Positions 30,930-52,647 of a stretch of 64,000 nt of DNA are shown here, piece by piece. The stretch lies in the NCBI RefSeq assembly GCF_009914755.1, contig NC_060926.1; one strand, written 5' to 3'. The notes under the pieces were generated by a model. The model ran no database searches. It saw only the letters and a list, made by a program, of their open reading frames with translations, and had not been told where the DNA came from. The translations under genes were made by a program, and so were the position numbers. How positions within the stretch are numbered: position 1 is the stretch's first letter; each line of letters opens with the position of its first letter. The DNA comes from the human T2T-CHM13v2.0 reference genome, Homo sapiens.

Positions 30930-32989
30930 TAAGTCTCTAAAGTAAATTATTAAGTGTAAATGTCCCCAGTTTCAGTGGCTTTAACCAATGACAGACAACA
31001 AGACTGAAATCACACTGCTTATAGAGGATTAAATATCCTCTGATTCTGAAATACCAAGTCTGAACTTCTGAGTCTGTAACCACAAGATGATTTTTCTTCC
31101 TCCCCAAATTTAAAGTAATCAAAACATGGAAATTTCTTCCTCTCATCATTGCACTTTAGAGTGTATGAGAAGTGTGTACCATATACATACACATACACAC
31201 ACATGAGCATAGAAGAGGAAAAATAATTAGAAAGTAGGGGACTAGTCAACACTCTGATTTAGAACCAGCTCAACTTTATGATTTCAAAAGTTTTGAACCT
31301 AATCCAACTCCTCTGAAATTCAAAGTTACTTGACATTTGGTATATTGTGACTTCCTGTTTTTGTAAAAGAACATTTTCAAAAATGGTTCAATGAGCTCTT
31401 TGGACAGTCTCTAACTCCTATAATGCAAGATTTGGAACATTTGGTGGTAAGTAAATAAGGAACATATGCAATATATTTTTTAAGATGTGCATATTTTCCA
31501 AAACTCAGGGGGAAAAATACTTGGCCAAGTCTATCTGTGGTTTCATTGAATACTTGAAAATTAGTTAATGACATTCAGAGACACAAAGATACAGCTGGGT
31601 TTTTCCATCCAGTCTGTGGAACATGTAGCTGTCAACCAGCAATGATAGAACCCATAGGAAAGCACCCTCAATTTCTGTAGAAACAGGAAAGAATTAAGAT
31701 TTACTGTCTGGCACTTTGGTGGTTGGATGTAGCATTTGCAAGGAAATTAAGAACAAAGCAAAAGAGTCCCGAAATGTGCTTGCATGTTTCACATTTACTC
31801 TTTCTCTGCTGTGTAACTGCCAGTGCATGGCCCATGGTGAAAAATAAGCTGGCAAATATAAAATCCACCAAATAGTCTCTGGTAAGTCTTTAGGAGTACT
31901 GCAAGGTCTACAATAGATCTTACTGACATGCAAAAACTTTAAGTGAAAAAACTCTTAGAATGCTGCAGGTAGGGATATGGAGCCCTAATTCCTCAAGCCC
32001 CAAGAGCCTAAGGTTACATTAACAATTAAACCCAAATATGTTCCTGGCTATGAGCTCCCTACCTCCACTCCAGACCCTAAGTGATGCTAGAAAGTCATAA
32101 GGGTGTCTCACAAGTGTTGAGGAATAAATCAACACTAGGAACTGCTACTCTCCCTCAGGGATTTGCTGGGAACCTACTGAGTCTGCTGAGCCCCTGCAAC
32201 CCCTTGCCATCCCGTTGTCTTGCCACTGTTCTGCTGAAGCTCAGAGAAAAGATATTCTCTTCATAATAGTCATCAGTGCTGCCAAACCTGTAAAAATCTT
32301 TGATATGCTGAGTGACATTGCTAACCCTTCAGGCCACATAGGGCCAATGCTATGCGCTGGTCCATGCAGAAATGTGGATACCATAGTCTCTCTAGAGAAT
32401 TCATACCTACTGCATGGGTCTGAAGCGATGGAGACCAAGCAGTATACTGTCCTCGCACTTCCCTCTCTCTCATCTCTGAATGTAGGAACGATCTTGCAGA
32501 CTTTCCTGTGGTGTACTGTGAATTGACACCACTTAACCAGTTTCAGCTCAGACACAGTCAGAAACATCCTCTATAGTTATTGTCAAGAAGTTCATTTTAA
32601 TTTGATAACTTTATGTGGTTAAATAGATGTCAAATTGCCAAAGCATGGAAGAGAAAGGAAATTAGAAAACCAGAAGAAAAATACAAATAGATATTATTCG
32701 TTCTAATGATTTTTCATACTATAATACACAATGGTCAAAGAATCAAAAGAAAAACATGCGATCCAATAGGTGTTCGATAGGTATCAAAAAAGCATTTGAT
32801 AAACTCAGCATTCATTGATAATTAAGAAACAACTTTTAAAGGTAAATGTAGAAAAATAGAGAACAACTTCCTTAATTTGATATTTGGTATTTACCAAAAA
32901 TTGAAAGCAAACCTGTTACTTCATGGTGAAAAGTTAGAAGCATTTTCTTTAAAGTCAGGAACAAAGCTAGGAGGCCAGCTTTCACTACA

Positions 32990-33303
<314 letters not shown>

Positions 33304-33519
33304 TGCTATCACTACTTCTACTCAACATTCCTCAAAAGAAGTAAGCTAGCATAAGGTCTGGAAAGGAAAAAACAAAAGTGTCATTAATCATAGACAATAT
33401 AATAGTTTACAAAACAATCTAAGAGAATTAACATATAAGTCATTAGCACTAGTAAGACAGTTCAGCCAGGTTGCTCAATATAAAACACATATACAAAAAT
33501 TAGTAGTGCTCCCATACAC

Positions 33520-33737
33520 CAGGTGGCAGCCTTTTTTTTTTTTAACTATAAAGAGCCAAAGAGCAAATATTTTAGATTTTGCAGGCCACATGATCTCTAT
33601 CTTAACTATTCAACTCTGCCATTGTAGTGCAAAAGCAGCCACTGACAATATGTAAACAAATGGGCATGGCTGTGTTTCAATAACATCGGGAGCAGGCTAG
33701 ATTTTGCCCATAGTTTGCCATAGTTTGCAACTCCTGT
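33520..33737 (+). mobile_element. MER58A hAT-Charlie MITE
   Basis: aaatattttag..ttgcaggccaca...caactctgccattgtagtgcaaaagcagcca...tagtttgc...cctg. Confidence 0.8.
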
Positions 33738-33948
33738 TATACGTCATTGATGAAAAACTAGATAACATAATTTTTTTGCTTTTTATAATTTTTTATTGAC
33801 TTATGCTAACCACTAAGGTTAGGGGATAGGAAACATACTTGAAAAAGAAAAGATACCATTTACTATAGCAACCCAAACTAGAAGGTACCTATGAATAAAT
33901 CTAACAAAATTTATACAAAACCTATCTGGAGGAAATTATAAAACTTTA

Positions 33949-34297
<349 letters not shown>

Positions 34298-34595
34298 AAG
34301 TAGAGAGGTATACCATCTTAGTGGATGAGAAAAGTCAAAGTTTTAAACATTTCAGTATTCCCAAATCAATCTGTTAATCAATGTAATTCTAATAAAAATA
34401 CCAACGGAGTTTTTCATGAAACTTGATAGACTGATTTCAAAATTTATGGACGCTAAGAATAACCAAGACAATTATGAAGAAGAACAAGGCAGAGAGACAT
34501 ACCATACCAGGTGCCAAGATTTATTATAAAAGATTAGCAACTAAGGCGATACAGCAATTAGCAGAATAGAATAGAGGCCTCAGGAACAGACCTAT

Positions 34596-34971
34596 TGTAT
34601 TAGTCCGTTTTCACATTGCTATAAAGAAATACACAAGACTTGGTAATTTATAAAGGAAAGAGGTTTAGTTGACTCACAGTTCCACATGGCTGGGGAGACC
34701 TCAGGAAACTTACAATCATGGCAGAAGGCAAAGAGAAAGCAAGGACCTTCTTCACATGGCGGCAGGAGAGAGAAGTGGAAGCAGAGGAAATGCCAGATGT
34801 TTATAAAACCATTGGATCTCGTGATAACTCACTCACTATCACAGGAACAGCATGGGGGAAACTGTCCCCATGATCCAATCACCTCCCATAGCTCCCTCCC
34901 TCGACACGTAGGCATTATGGGGATTACAATTCAAGATGAGATTTGGGTGGGGACACAGCCAAACCATATCA
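34596..34971 (-). mobile_element. THE1 (C/D-like) MaLR solo LTR
   Basis: tgtattagtccgttttcac...ccaaaccatatca; ccta(t/c) TSD. Confidence 0.9.
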
Positions 34972-35208
34972 CCTACTCATATATGGGAACATGATATTTG
35001 ACAAAGGTAGCATTGCAGATCAGTGGGAGTAAAGACTGACTATTCAATAAATGATGCTGGAATAGTTGGTTTCATATATTGTCATATCATATGGTTCCAT
35101 ATCACATCATATGGTATTAAATGAAGTTATATCCCTACCTCAAAACACACACAAAAATTCATGTCAGCTTGATTAAATATCTAAGTAGAAAATCAAAACT
35201 TTAAAACA

Positions 35209-35507
<299 letters not shown>

Positions 35508-35781
35508 TTAAAACAAATCAGTGGACAATATAGGAAAATATCTTTAAGACTGTGAGAAAAGGAAGGATTTCTAAAACAAGACACAAGAAGCCCAAAACAC
35601 AAAGGGAAAAAATTAAAATATTTAACTACATTAAAACTGAAAATTTCAATCCATCAAAATATCATGAATAATGTCAAAAGATAAGCTATGTTAGTAAAAA
35701 TATTTGCAAAGCATATCACCAACAAAGCCTTAGTATCTAAAATAAAATACAAAAATAAGAAAAGAAATATAATCCAATAAA

Positions 35782-36035
35782 ACAGTTTTTCTAAAAGTGT
35801 AGTTGACCCATTAGGAGATCCTGAAATCAATTTCATGGATTGTGGACTAGCATTTAATAAGATAAAACAGAATAGAATAGAAAATATCTGAATGCATTCC
35901 ACATATTAAAGATAAATGTTACTTTGTGGAATTTTTATTTTAGGTATGTATCTATATGTTTGCATGCCTGTGTACATGCTGGATCACAGTATGAAATAAA
36001 GTTCTTACGGTGGGTAACAATTTTAAACACATTGA
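35782..36035. mobile_element. hAT-Charlie-type MITE
   Basis: gacccattag...gaaatcaattt...gaatagaatagaaaatatc...ttcttacggtgggt resembles recalled Charlie-family elements; subfamily uncertain. Confidence 0.5.
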
Positions 36036-36289
36036 AATAGAAAATTAATAAGATATATAGGTTGTGCAACAGTATGGATGTGCTTAATGGCACTGAATTG
36101 TACACTTAAGAATAGCTTAAATTGTAAATTTTATGTATATTTTATCAAAATTTAAAAAAATATTTTACCACAATTTAAAAATCATATAAACAGGTGATTA
36201 ATGAAAGAGAAAAGTTTGGCCAATAAACTCACAAAAAAGACACTTGATCTCAGCAATCATCAGAGAAATGCAATTTAAAATCCCATGAA

Positions 36290-36597
36290 GGCCAGGCGCA
36301 GTGGCTTATGCTTGCAATCCAGCACGCACTTTGGGAGACCAAGGCAGGAGGATCTCTTGAGAACAGGAGTTCAAGACCAGCCTGGGCAAAATGGTGAAAC
36401 CCCATCTCTACAAAAAAAATCAAAAAATTAGCCAGGTGTGGTGATGCGCACCTGTAGACCCAGCTACTCAGGAGGCTGCAGTGGGAAAATCACTTGAGCC
36501 CAGGAGGTTGAGGCTTCAGTGAACCACGATCATGCCACTGCATTCCAGTCTGGTGATAGATCAAGACCCTATCTCAAAAATAAATAAATAAAAATAA
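36290..36597 (+). mobile_element. Alu (J-like)
   Basis: atcccatga TSD. Confidence 0.88.
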
Positions 36598-37145
36598 GAA
36601 TAATATCCCATGAGTTCCTCTTCATGCCAATTAGATGAGCAATAATTTAAAAGTCTGACATGCCAAATGCTGGTTGTGAACAGAAACTGCCTTGCTTGCA
36701 TTTGGGATTATAAACAACTATAATTAGGTAACACCTACTAAAGTTACCCAACAATTCCACTCCCACAGATGAATAAGGAGAAATATTCATTGCAGCACTG
36801 TTTATAATAAAGAAAGAATGGACAATCTCAATGTTCATCCACAAGAGAATGGATAAATATAAACAACTACTGTACAACAGTGAAAATGAATGAATGAGTG
36901 TCATGTACTAACATGAATAAATCTCCAAAACAACATTATGCCAACAAAGCTGTAAAAGAATACGGTGTGGTATCTTTTATATGAAGTTTGAAATGTTCAA
37001 AAGAGTACCCCATAGTATTAAAAATATAAATACTTTCATTGAAATGATAAATATCAAATCAAGCACAATTGCCTTTGGGAAAGGAGGGAGATGGCATCGT
37101 GGAGAATACACACAGTCTTGAATTTTATCTTCTAAAATTTTACTT

Positions 37146-37447
<302 letters not shown>

Positions 37448-38139
37448 CAAATTTTATTCTTAAGCTGGGTGACAGGTACACAGATCATGATTTGTTATTC
37501 TTCAATCTTTTTCTCCTTGCATTGTTGTAATGTTTCATTAAGAAAAAAAAGAAAATCAGTCAACAAGAGATCTCTAACAGCCAATTCTATGTGAAGCACT
37601 ATGCTAGGCAGACACAAAATTCCAGGAAAATAGAATGCCCAACAATGGGCACTCAATATATACTCAGTTCACTCATGAAATTCATAACTATAAGATCAGA
37701 CACAGTCAATTCCTCATTGTAGAAATTAGAATTATAGGCATGAGCCAGATAAAGAAATGCACAGGATTCTCTGTGGCCACTGAGACAGCGATGCAGAAAA
37801 AGGAGCAGGTTTGGGGGATGGAGATGCTGAGCTCAGCTGAGTATGGAGTGCATTTGGGACCGCCAAGTCTGAAAATATGTACATGGATTTGAACATGAGA
37901 GAAGATTCAGATTTGAGATGTGTCAGCATATGGTTGCTAATGAAAGCCAGGGGAGTAAAAGAGATCATGAAAGGAACAGGAAGAGATTTGAAAGAGAGGA
38001 GACCCTGAGGAAAGTTCACAGTTAAAGAGTGTAGAACAAGCTGGCAGAAAGAAACTCAGCCCCAAATTCCAGCTCCTTGAAGGACAACACTAAAGTGAAT
38101 CTTACCTTAAATGCTACCAAAGAACAAAAGTTTTTAATG

Positions 38140-38850
<711 letters not shown>

Positions 38851-38859
38851 TTTCAAAAC

Positions 38860-39160
38860 TGGGTCAGGGGTGATGGCTCAAACCTATAATCCCAGCAGTT
38901 TGGGAGGCCCAGGTGGGAGGTTCGCTTGAGCCCAGGAGTTTAATACCAGCTTGGACAGCATGATGAAAGTCCCTCTCTACAAAAAATACAGAAATTAGCC
39001 AGGTGTGGTGGTGTGTGCCTGTAGTCCCAGTTAATCGCTTGAGCCTGGGACGGGAGGTCAAGGGTGCAGGGAACCATAATTTTGCCACTGCACTCCAGCC
39101 TGGGCTACAGAGAAAAACCCTGAAGAAAAAAAAAAAAAAAAGAAAGAAAGAAAGAAAAGA
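38860..39160 (+). mobile_element. Alu (J-like)
   Basis: Diverged dimer with an A/GAAA tail. Confidence 0.85.
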
Positions 39161-39209
39161 AAACTACAAGTTTCCCCTACTGCATCTTTTTTTTTTTTTT
39201 GCCTTGCAA

Positions 39210-39529
<320 letters not shown>

Positions 39530-39639
39530 TAAACTATAATTTTAAAGTTTAAAGGAAATAGATAAGGACAATAAAGAGGTCACCCAAGTATTTCCTGGAG
39601 AGCCATTTTGGTGGAAGACGCTGAGGAAAGGTAGCTAAG

Positions 39640-39642
<3 letters not shown>

Positions 39643-39673
<31 letters not shown>

Positions 39674-40050
39674 GGAGTTTTGCTCTTGTTGCGGATGGAG
39701 CGCAATGGCGCCATCTCGGCTCACTGCAACCTCCGCCTCCCATATTCAAGCGTTTCTCCTGTCTCAGCCTCCTGAGTAGCTGAGATTACAGGCGTGCGCC
39801 ACCACACCAGCTAATTTTGTATATTTAGTAGAGACAGGGTTTCTCCATGTTGGTCAGGCTGGTCTCGAAATCCCAACCTCACCCAGCCGGCTCTTTTTAT
39901 TTTTATTTTTTAAGAGACAGAGTCACCCTGTCGCCCAGGCTGGAAAGTGGAATGCAGTGGCACAATCATAGCTCACTGCAGTATGGATCTAACTGAGCTC
40001 AAACGATAAAAGGATGAAAGCCTCAGCCTCCCAAGTAGCTACGACTGCAG
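39643..40050 (-). mobile_element. Two adjacent partial Alus
   Basis: 39643-39890 lacks most of the left-arm 5' part; 39893-40050 is a degraded single arm. Confidence 0.8.
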
Positions 40051-40529
40051 GCTTTGCTTGGGATAAGCTCATTTTTGAACTGTAATTGGAACTCAGGTTT
40101 GTTCAGACTGTGGTTGCACAGAACACCATCTTGCATTAAATCATAGTTTTAATTGCATTAGACTATCATGAAAATGCTCTGTGATAACTTCCGTCACTGT
40201 AAGTAAAGTTGAAATAAGGACCAACATAAAGCTCATCTTTAAAGAACGAAAGGGATTGGCTTTTGAGCTGCCCCTTTTATACTGACATATTTCCTGAGGA
40301 CTTATGTTTCTAAATGAAGCAATAATAAATTGATTTAACTGTAATGTAGGCAGTTGCCCTCAGTAAAAACAATTAACCTAACAATAAACTTAGAGACATT
40401 TCAAATTACTTGCTAAAACTATGGACAGAAGTCTAGCCCCATGTAGTAGTTCTTAACACACGTTTAATATTCTTGGCTTTTTAAGGCAATAATTAAATTT
40501 TACTTTACCCATTTTGTACATTTTTTTTT

Positions 40530-40790
40530 AAGATGTTAAACATATGTTCATGTTAGCAAGTTTCCACGAAACCTTGCAAATGTTACCACACAACTACCAT
40601 GGGTTTCCTCACAGGTTCTGAATTCCAGTTTTTTGCTCATGGAGTCAATGTCTTTAAACTTCTTGTTGTTTAAAATTGGATTTCTATCTCAGGCACCATT
40701 TTCGTATTAAACTATGAGCTTTTTCTTCTTGTGGCTATGAGGGATTTCCATGTTGCTGCACAATGAACCCACCTTACCTTCTCATCTTTG
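40530..40790 (-). pseudogene. Possible highly decayed RPL35A-like processed pseudogene (tentative)
   Basis: Minus-strand HGSCVVTFARFRGNL (40601-40557) versus recalled RPL35A HGNSGMVRAKFRSNL, plus weak colinear DNA matches on both sides. By-eye comparison only. Confidence 0.3.
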
Positions 40791-40841
40791 GCAGCTGCTT
40801 TGGGTTTATAATAGAATCTAAACTGAGATGATAGAGTAGCG

Positions 40842-41565
<724 letters not shown>

Positions 41566-41826
41566 AGCTGATCAGTCCTCATGGAGCACCCAGGCAGCTT
41601 GGACAGTGATGAGTCCCTCCCTCAAGTGACTAATGGGTAGGAGACACCAACCAGAGACTGGAGCTGAAGGGTATGAGAGGCCTTGTCAGCAGCATATATG
41701 TGTGAGACACCTGGAGAAATACCTGAGGTGGGGAAGAGGATAGTGCCAGGGTACTATGATGATGAGATGGGGGTAATATGCTATCAATACCCAAAGATTT
41801 TTGAGGCCTTTATCTCTCTCTCTCTC

Positions 41827-42474
<648 letters not shown>

Positions 42475-42489
42475 AAGTGCTCTATGGAT

Positions 42490-43680
42490 CAAGACTTCCT
42501 TGGGTGCAAGTCCAAGTGACAAGCATCAAACTCAAACTGGCCTAAGCAAAAAAAGGCAAATTATTGAGTCACTTCATTTAAAAAGTCAAGGGGTTCAAAC
42601 AATGTCACCAGGTCTTGTTTTTCTCCCTCTGTTTTCTGCCTGGTATTTTCTGGTTTTTACTTATTTTTAGCCCAACTTCCTACAGGTCCCAGAACTCCAG
42701 CCTTGCATCAGCCTGATTCTGTCAATCCCTGCTAAAAGGGATACCTTTATTTCTACTTAGTTTAATTAAATAAAGGTCCCAGGGTGGAAACTCATTGGCT
42801 GCAGTTGTGCCACTTGCTAGTGCATGAGCCAGTGAGAATGGAAGAGCAGCCGGGCCTGGAACACGAAGGATGGGATCCCTCTGTTCACACAACATGAACT
42901 GAGAGGAAAGCAGAGCATTCCTCCTCGGAGATCAAAACACTGTTACCACACAAAGAGCGAATCAGTGATGAGCAGAAAAAGAAACATATGTGCGTGAACA
43001 GCGGTGTGCAAAATCGCATGTTTTTTAAACTCCTGACAAATGGTCAAGCAGAATATAGACAAGAGTGGAAGACTCGAGCTCTAGCCAGAAGCAGATGGGG
43101 CTGATTTCTAGAGTAAGAAGGAGAAGGAATGTGTGGGAGAGCAGAGAGCAGAAATGGTGAGATCTGGAGGTATTAACAAGGCCACTCTGACAGCCTATCA
43201 ACTAGAAATGAGTTGCAGGACAGAGAGCAGAGAGGGACAAAGGCAGATTTGGAGAGCATATAAGACAGTGTGCTTTTGGTTGCACGTGACAGGACACACA
43301 AATGATAACATTTCATTATTCCATTTGGCAGTTCTAGGGTTGGTTGATGCAGTGCCATGTGACATGGGGTCTCTGGGATGGAAGAGACGCCCGGCTTTCA
43401 CCCCATAGTTTCGAGATGGTTGCCACAGCTCTGGGCAATACATTCTCACACATCAATGTTCAAAGGCAGGAAGAAAGTGAGGGGGTGGCCTTTCTTCCTG
43501 CTTTTTTCTCTCTTATCAGGGAAAAAAATCATTTCCAGATACTCAACAGGTTTCCTTTTATATCTCACTGACCTGTTTGAGTCACATGTCCAGGTTCTCA
43601 TTGCAAGAGAGGCTAAAACATAAAATCCAGCATTCAGCCCCTTTGGTGGAAAGAAGGCTCTGCCAACAAGGAGACCAGCT
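42490..43680. mobile_element. Old MLT1-type MaLR LTR fragments (~42490-42960, ~43270-43680)
   Basis: gcaagt..aagtgacaagc..aactcaaactggcctaagcaaaaaagg and ttggttgcacgtgacagga...agatggttgccacagctc motifs. Confidence 0.5.
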
Positions 43681-43862
43681 ATACCAAAATGGGAGTCAGC
43701 GTCCAGGGATCAACTGGGGACAAGCTGCTGAGGACAAGTGGCAGGATTCCATCTGAGAAGAGGTGCTGACAGTGGCTCTCTACCTTCCTCTGTCTTCCAT
43801 GGTCCTCACACTCTGAATTGTTCATGAGAGCAATAGGCTTTGTTGTCCTAAATTATCATTTA

Positions 43863-44519
<657 letters not shown>

Positions 44520-44714
44520 CATTTGCTTTTAAATGATATTTACACTTTCACAAACTATAAAATATCTAGGCATAGGAATATATTTATGAAAAATTTGCAT
44601 TGCATAATTTTTAAATGCAAATCCAAGTTGAAAGGATGCAGAGATTTACATAAATGCAGAAACATTATATTTTTAGATTTAAAAATGAGTATAGTGAGGA
44701 TGTCAATTTATCAC

Positions 44715-45422
<708 letters not shown>

Positions 45423-45470
45423 TCAGAAATAAATTTATAAGTTTAACATACTACTGTTTTATTAATCTTA

Positions 45471-46131
<661 letters not shown>

Positions 46132-46609
46132 TTAAAAATAAAATTTTTTAAATTTGAGGGTGTTCCTACTGGAAATTGTTTCCTTTTGTGGTGATTAGTC
46201 TTTTCTGAAGTTCAGCAATTCCTTAAGTTTTACTAAAACTTTTTCTTCTGATAAATTCAAGTAAAATTAAACTCAGTATTTTTAGTGGAAAAAGATACAG
46301 TATCATCTCATTCGTAGAAAACAGCTTGATCTCTCAATTTATTGAGCAAGCCTGTGGATCGTGCTGTGTGCCACTGTGTTCCAGATGTGAGGATAAGCAG
46401 GCAACTGGACAAAAGTAAATCTCTGCCCTGTCCCTCCAGCCATCTACCCAACTATCTTCCGTCTGCTTCTGTGTACTAATAGATGTGTTCGAATGGTAGG
46501 ATTGAGTTTGATTCTTCTTTTCTCTGTTATATTTCCCTGAACTACTTCACAGTAACAATAACTGTCAGGTATGTCCTCCAGAAGCAGATGCCAAGATGAA
46601 GATGAGGGT

Positions 46610-47085
<476 letters not shown>

Positions 47086-47086
47086 T

Positions 47087-47414
<328 letters not shown>

Positions 47415-47449
47415 TGAATTTTTTTAATAAGTAAATTTACAAAATTTTT

Positions 47450-47910
47450 AAGATGAAGATAAAGGTGTCGGAGGTTGGCTGAGGGTAGTTCCTGTGAAAA
47501 GTGAAGAGGAGAGAGAGCAGGATGAGGCAGGAAAAAGCCTTCAGATTGTAATATCTGTCTGACAACTGTGAAAGAAGAGTGGGAGGGAAGGAGGCTTGGG
47601 TAGGAAGAGTTCCAGACTGCAGTGCAGCTCTGAGGACATTTCACTTCATCAAACGGGCTCCACACACAGATTTCTCACAGAGGAGTCCTGTGTTAGGCAA
47701 AGATGGCCAGGACCTAGTACCCTTGCCACGCTCAGTTGTTGAGCAGGAGTTGCCTGGGAAGAGAGTGGTCTCCATTCCCATATGCCATGGCAGACCCTGA
47801 AGGTTTTGCATCTACAGGCAGTCAGTGCATTGCACTCCTCACAGCTGAAATGTGAGCTCCTTCTCAAAGTGAGATCTGAGCAGGGCCTGCATGTCTGCCA
47901 CAGCAGCCAC
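47450..47910 (-). mobile_element. ERVL-type (LTR16-like) LTR; its start appears displaced to ~46562-46605 by the L1/Alu insertions
   Basis: gcaggatgaggcaggaaaaagccttcagattg...cagactgcagtgcagctctgagg. Confidence 0.5.
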
Positions 47911-47941
47911 GTGAGATTTCCATTTTTAAAAGCCAGTTCCT

Positions 47942-48238
<297 letters not shown>

Positions 48239-48575
48239 GCCAGTTTCTTTAAAAAAATGTTGCTTGTAATCAACATATAGAGGCAAAAGAGTGGAAATTA
48301 GGTCTGTGTTATTTTCTGCTAAATTAAAGGCAAGCATCCACACTGAGGAAAACATTTGAAATAAACATGATAGGCAAATTAACAAGTTTTTAGCTAGGGA
48401 GGATTTTATATATATTGGTTTTGTTAAAAAAAAAATGGAAGGCCCAATATAGGTAAAAGATATTATTAGAAAATTCTCCAAAAAGAAAATACAAAACAAG
48501 TAGAATTGGAACAGCCTCAACCTCATCAGTAATTAAAAATAAGTAATGTTAAATAATTTTTTTCTGAAGAAATTA

Positions 48576-49007
<432 letters not shown>

Positions 49008-49357
49008 TTATTTTAGTCAGGATTCTTGATTATGAGAAACCCAACTCAAGTGGCTTAAGCTAAAAAGGGTAAATTACATGTCACATAAGCAAACCATGGA
49101 AAGTCGGGTTTAGAACAGGCCTTGGGTTAGACTGGATGCAGAAACTCCACAGAATTAACTCATTTCCTCTCTCTCTCTCTCACACACACAAATGCACACA
49201 CGCTCACACACACATTAATTTCCTCACTCTCTGAGGTGTATTGACCTTGTTCTCTCAGGACCAGAAGAAAACAAAAACAAAAGCAATGGCACCTTAACTA
49301 TTAGGTACTGAAAGATTGTCATTCCAGACAATAATCCAAGTGTTTAAAAGGAGCTCA

Positions 49358-49652
<295 letters not shown>

Positions 49653-50214
49653 GAGCTTGCATATAGTCTCTCATATGGTGGAGAATAAGGCAAAGAAGGC
49701 AGCCATTAACTGTGAGGCCGTGCGCTTATAGCTTGTGATCCAAAGGGAATGAGACTGCTCTACTCAGCCTGAGTCACACGCACCTCACTGGCTTGTCATC
49801 ATGGCCAGCTTTTCCTTGTTTGGTCTGGGTTAAATCTGTCCCCTCCTTTCAGTAACCGCTGCCTCCCAGTCTGATTTCAGATCCTCACACTGTGTACTCT
49901 CACCTGGACTGTCTATACTGGCTCCTAACAGGTCTCACAATTTCCAGAACAACCCCCACCCCCAGCCCCACATGCTATACATAGCCCCATTCATCCATCC
50001 TGCACACTGAGACCAGGGACATTCTTTTGCATCAAGTTTTTGCCGACTCCCCATTGCTTTCAGGATGAGGCCAGTATTCTTTGTCTCAGCCTACATAGCA
50101 GCACAGTCTCATTCAGATTCTCCTCCCACTATGCTCTCCTTCACATCTACAGTCCCAGCAGACACGCTGCCATCTCCCAAGCCGTCTGCGTTTTTGCACA
50201 CATCATGTTTTACA

Positions 50215-50705
50215 TGCCACTGCTGGGGCAGCCAGTTCTGGGCAGCCTGCAACCGGCTCTGAGCAAATACAACCCGAGGCCACCTTGTCCCTGTTCCACA
50301 CCAGGGGCCTCCAGCCTCGTGCTCTGTGGCTTCTCTGACACCCAGAGGGTGGGATGTCCGTGAGAACCTGCTCCACTCTTAGGCAGGCACAAGTCAAAAG
50401 CCCAGGACTATTAAAGCCTACTAGACCACCCTTGACCGATAGAAGATTAGAGCTGATGGATAAATGCATTCCCCTTTTGTCCCCTGAGAGGATAGTTTTG
50501 AGACGTATTTCATAAAGCTCCTCAGAAGTCCCCCAGGACTGAACACCAGTCACCCATACCAGTGCTGGTCTCAGTGGCGAAGTCCATGTATTAGCAGCTT
50601 CTTTCCTTCTCTGCCTGACTTCCCCTGGGATTGCATTCCCAAATCATCTACCTGTTCTCAAATCTTTGCCTCAGGATCTGGTCTGGGGAGAACCCAGGCT
50701 AAGAA
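50215..50705 (+). mobile_element. LTR16-family ERVL LTR
   Basis: 3' end cccaaatcatctacctgttctcaaatctttgcctcaggatctgg..ggagaacccaggctaaga. Confidence 0.6.
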
Positions 50706-51380
50706 ACTGAGATATATTCAAGCCAAAGGCTCCCCCAAAGGTCATAAACTAACCACATCGTTAAAGAAGATCCTAAGGCTGAAGAAAGAAGAAAGACCAT
50801 TCAGTGAGGAAGCAACTGCCTTACTCCAATATTTATCTCTCGCTCAGATATAACTGGAGACCCAAGTAGCCAAATCTCAGAGCAGGTTTGCAGTCAAAGA
50901 AACAGGCCAGCAACCCAACTCAAACCTATTAAAATCATTGCTATCATCTTTCTTGAAAAGCATCAAGGCCAGGAAAGTGTATTTTTAACTCAAAACAAAA
51001 CAATATTATAAAAATACCCTCTTTAACCTCCACCACTTCAAATATCCTCCATATGGAAAAGAACTTGCTCCCAAATCCACATTTTCTCTCCTTGACCTTC
51101 AGCTCTCAAATATAAAATTCTTTAGAAAGAAACAAACCCCTCATAGCTCTAGACTTTCCTCTCCTTTCATTTCCCCCTTTCTTCTCTCTTGTGAGTAAAT
51201 CTTGGCCTTTTTTCATGAAAATACTCCAACTCATCTCTTCTTCTATGTTCTATCTATTGTCTACCATTGTTCCAAATCTGTATCAGGAAAGCCCAGAAAG
51301 CAACCTAGCAAAGGCAGAATCCACCTCAGCTCTTAGGAGAAAAGGAAAAGTGGGAGTTGCTAGACTCAGAATTCTCTTAG

Positions 51381-51667
51381 GGGCGGAGGGGAAGTGCAGT
51401 GGCTCACGCCTGTAATCCCAGCATTTTGGGAGGCTGAAACAGGAGGATCACTTGAGCCCAGGAGTTCGAGACTAGGCAACATAGTGAGACTCCCATCTCT
51501 ATTTAAAAAAATTAAAAATTAACCAGGCATGGTGGCACACACCTGTGGTCCCAGCTACTCGGGAGGCTGAAGTGGAGGAGGACTGCCTGAGTCCAGTTGA
51601 GGCTGCAGTAAGCCATGATTGCACCACTGCACACTCCAGCCTAGGCGACAGAGCGAGACTCTGTCTC

Positions 51668-51705
<38 letters not shown>
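51381..51705 (+). mobile_element. Alu with (GA)n tail (51671-51705)
   Basis: aattctctt TSD. Confidence 0.88.
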
Positions 51706-51708
<3 letters not shown>

Positions 51709-52163
51709 TTCTCTTTAGAGGGTAAAAGAGAGCTATGAACATTCAACTTTAATCCTTTTGTTCTCAGTCACCCAATACACTCAGTAGCACCCTAGGAAGC
51801 ACTGGGTCAGTCAAGCACAGAGGCAAGTGTATCTAAGGTTTCCTCATTTCTCTACAAGGAAAAGGATAAAAGATGAGTGATGTGAACTGACTTTAAAGAC
51901 TGAAGTTAACCCAGCAATTCCCATAGTCCATGTGCAATATAACTACCTATACTTTTGGAGTATGTGTTATACAATATTTTTTATATTTGTTAAATCTTTT
52001 AACATAACTTTGTGCCTGAAGAACTGACTGGTGGTTCAGATATTCCCAAGAATGCTGGGAGTGGCATTATGTTATGGAGCAATATTCCATGACACTAAAT
52101 GGTGGGTGGGGGGAAATTATTAGAGGTTTACCTGGATCACAGTGCTGCCAGCACTGGAAATCA

Positions 52164-52464
<301 letters not shown>

Positions 52465-52647
52465 TCATAATCACGTTATTTGGTGAGACTGAATTCAGGG
52501 CCACGGGAGCTGAAGGCATAATGGAGCTGTGACCACCTGACACTTCCAACTCCTCAGCAGGCTTCACCTGCCACTTGAGTTGGGTGGGGGTGTTGCCAGG
52601 CCAGGGTGCATGCTGTGCAGGAGAGAGCTTCCAGGGTCTGTTTCTCC

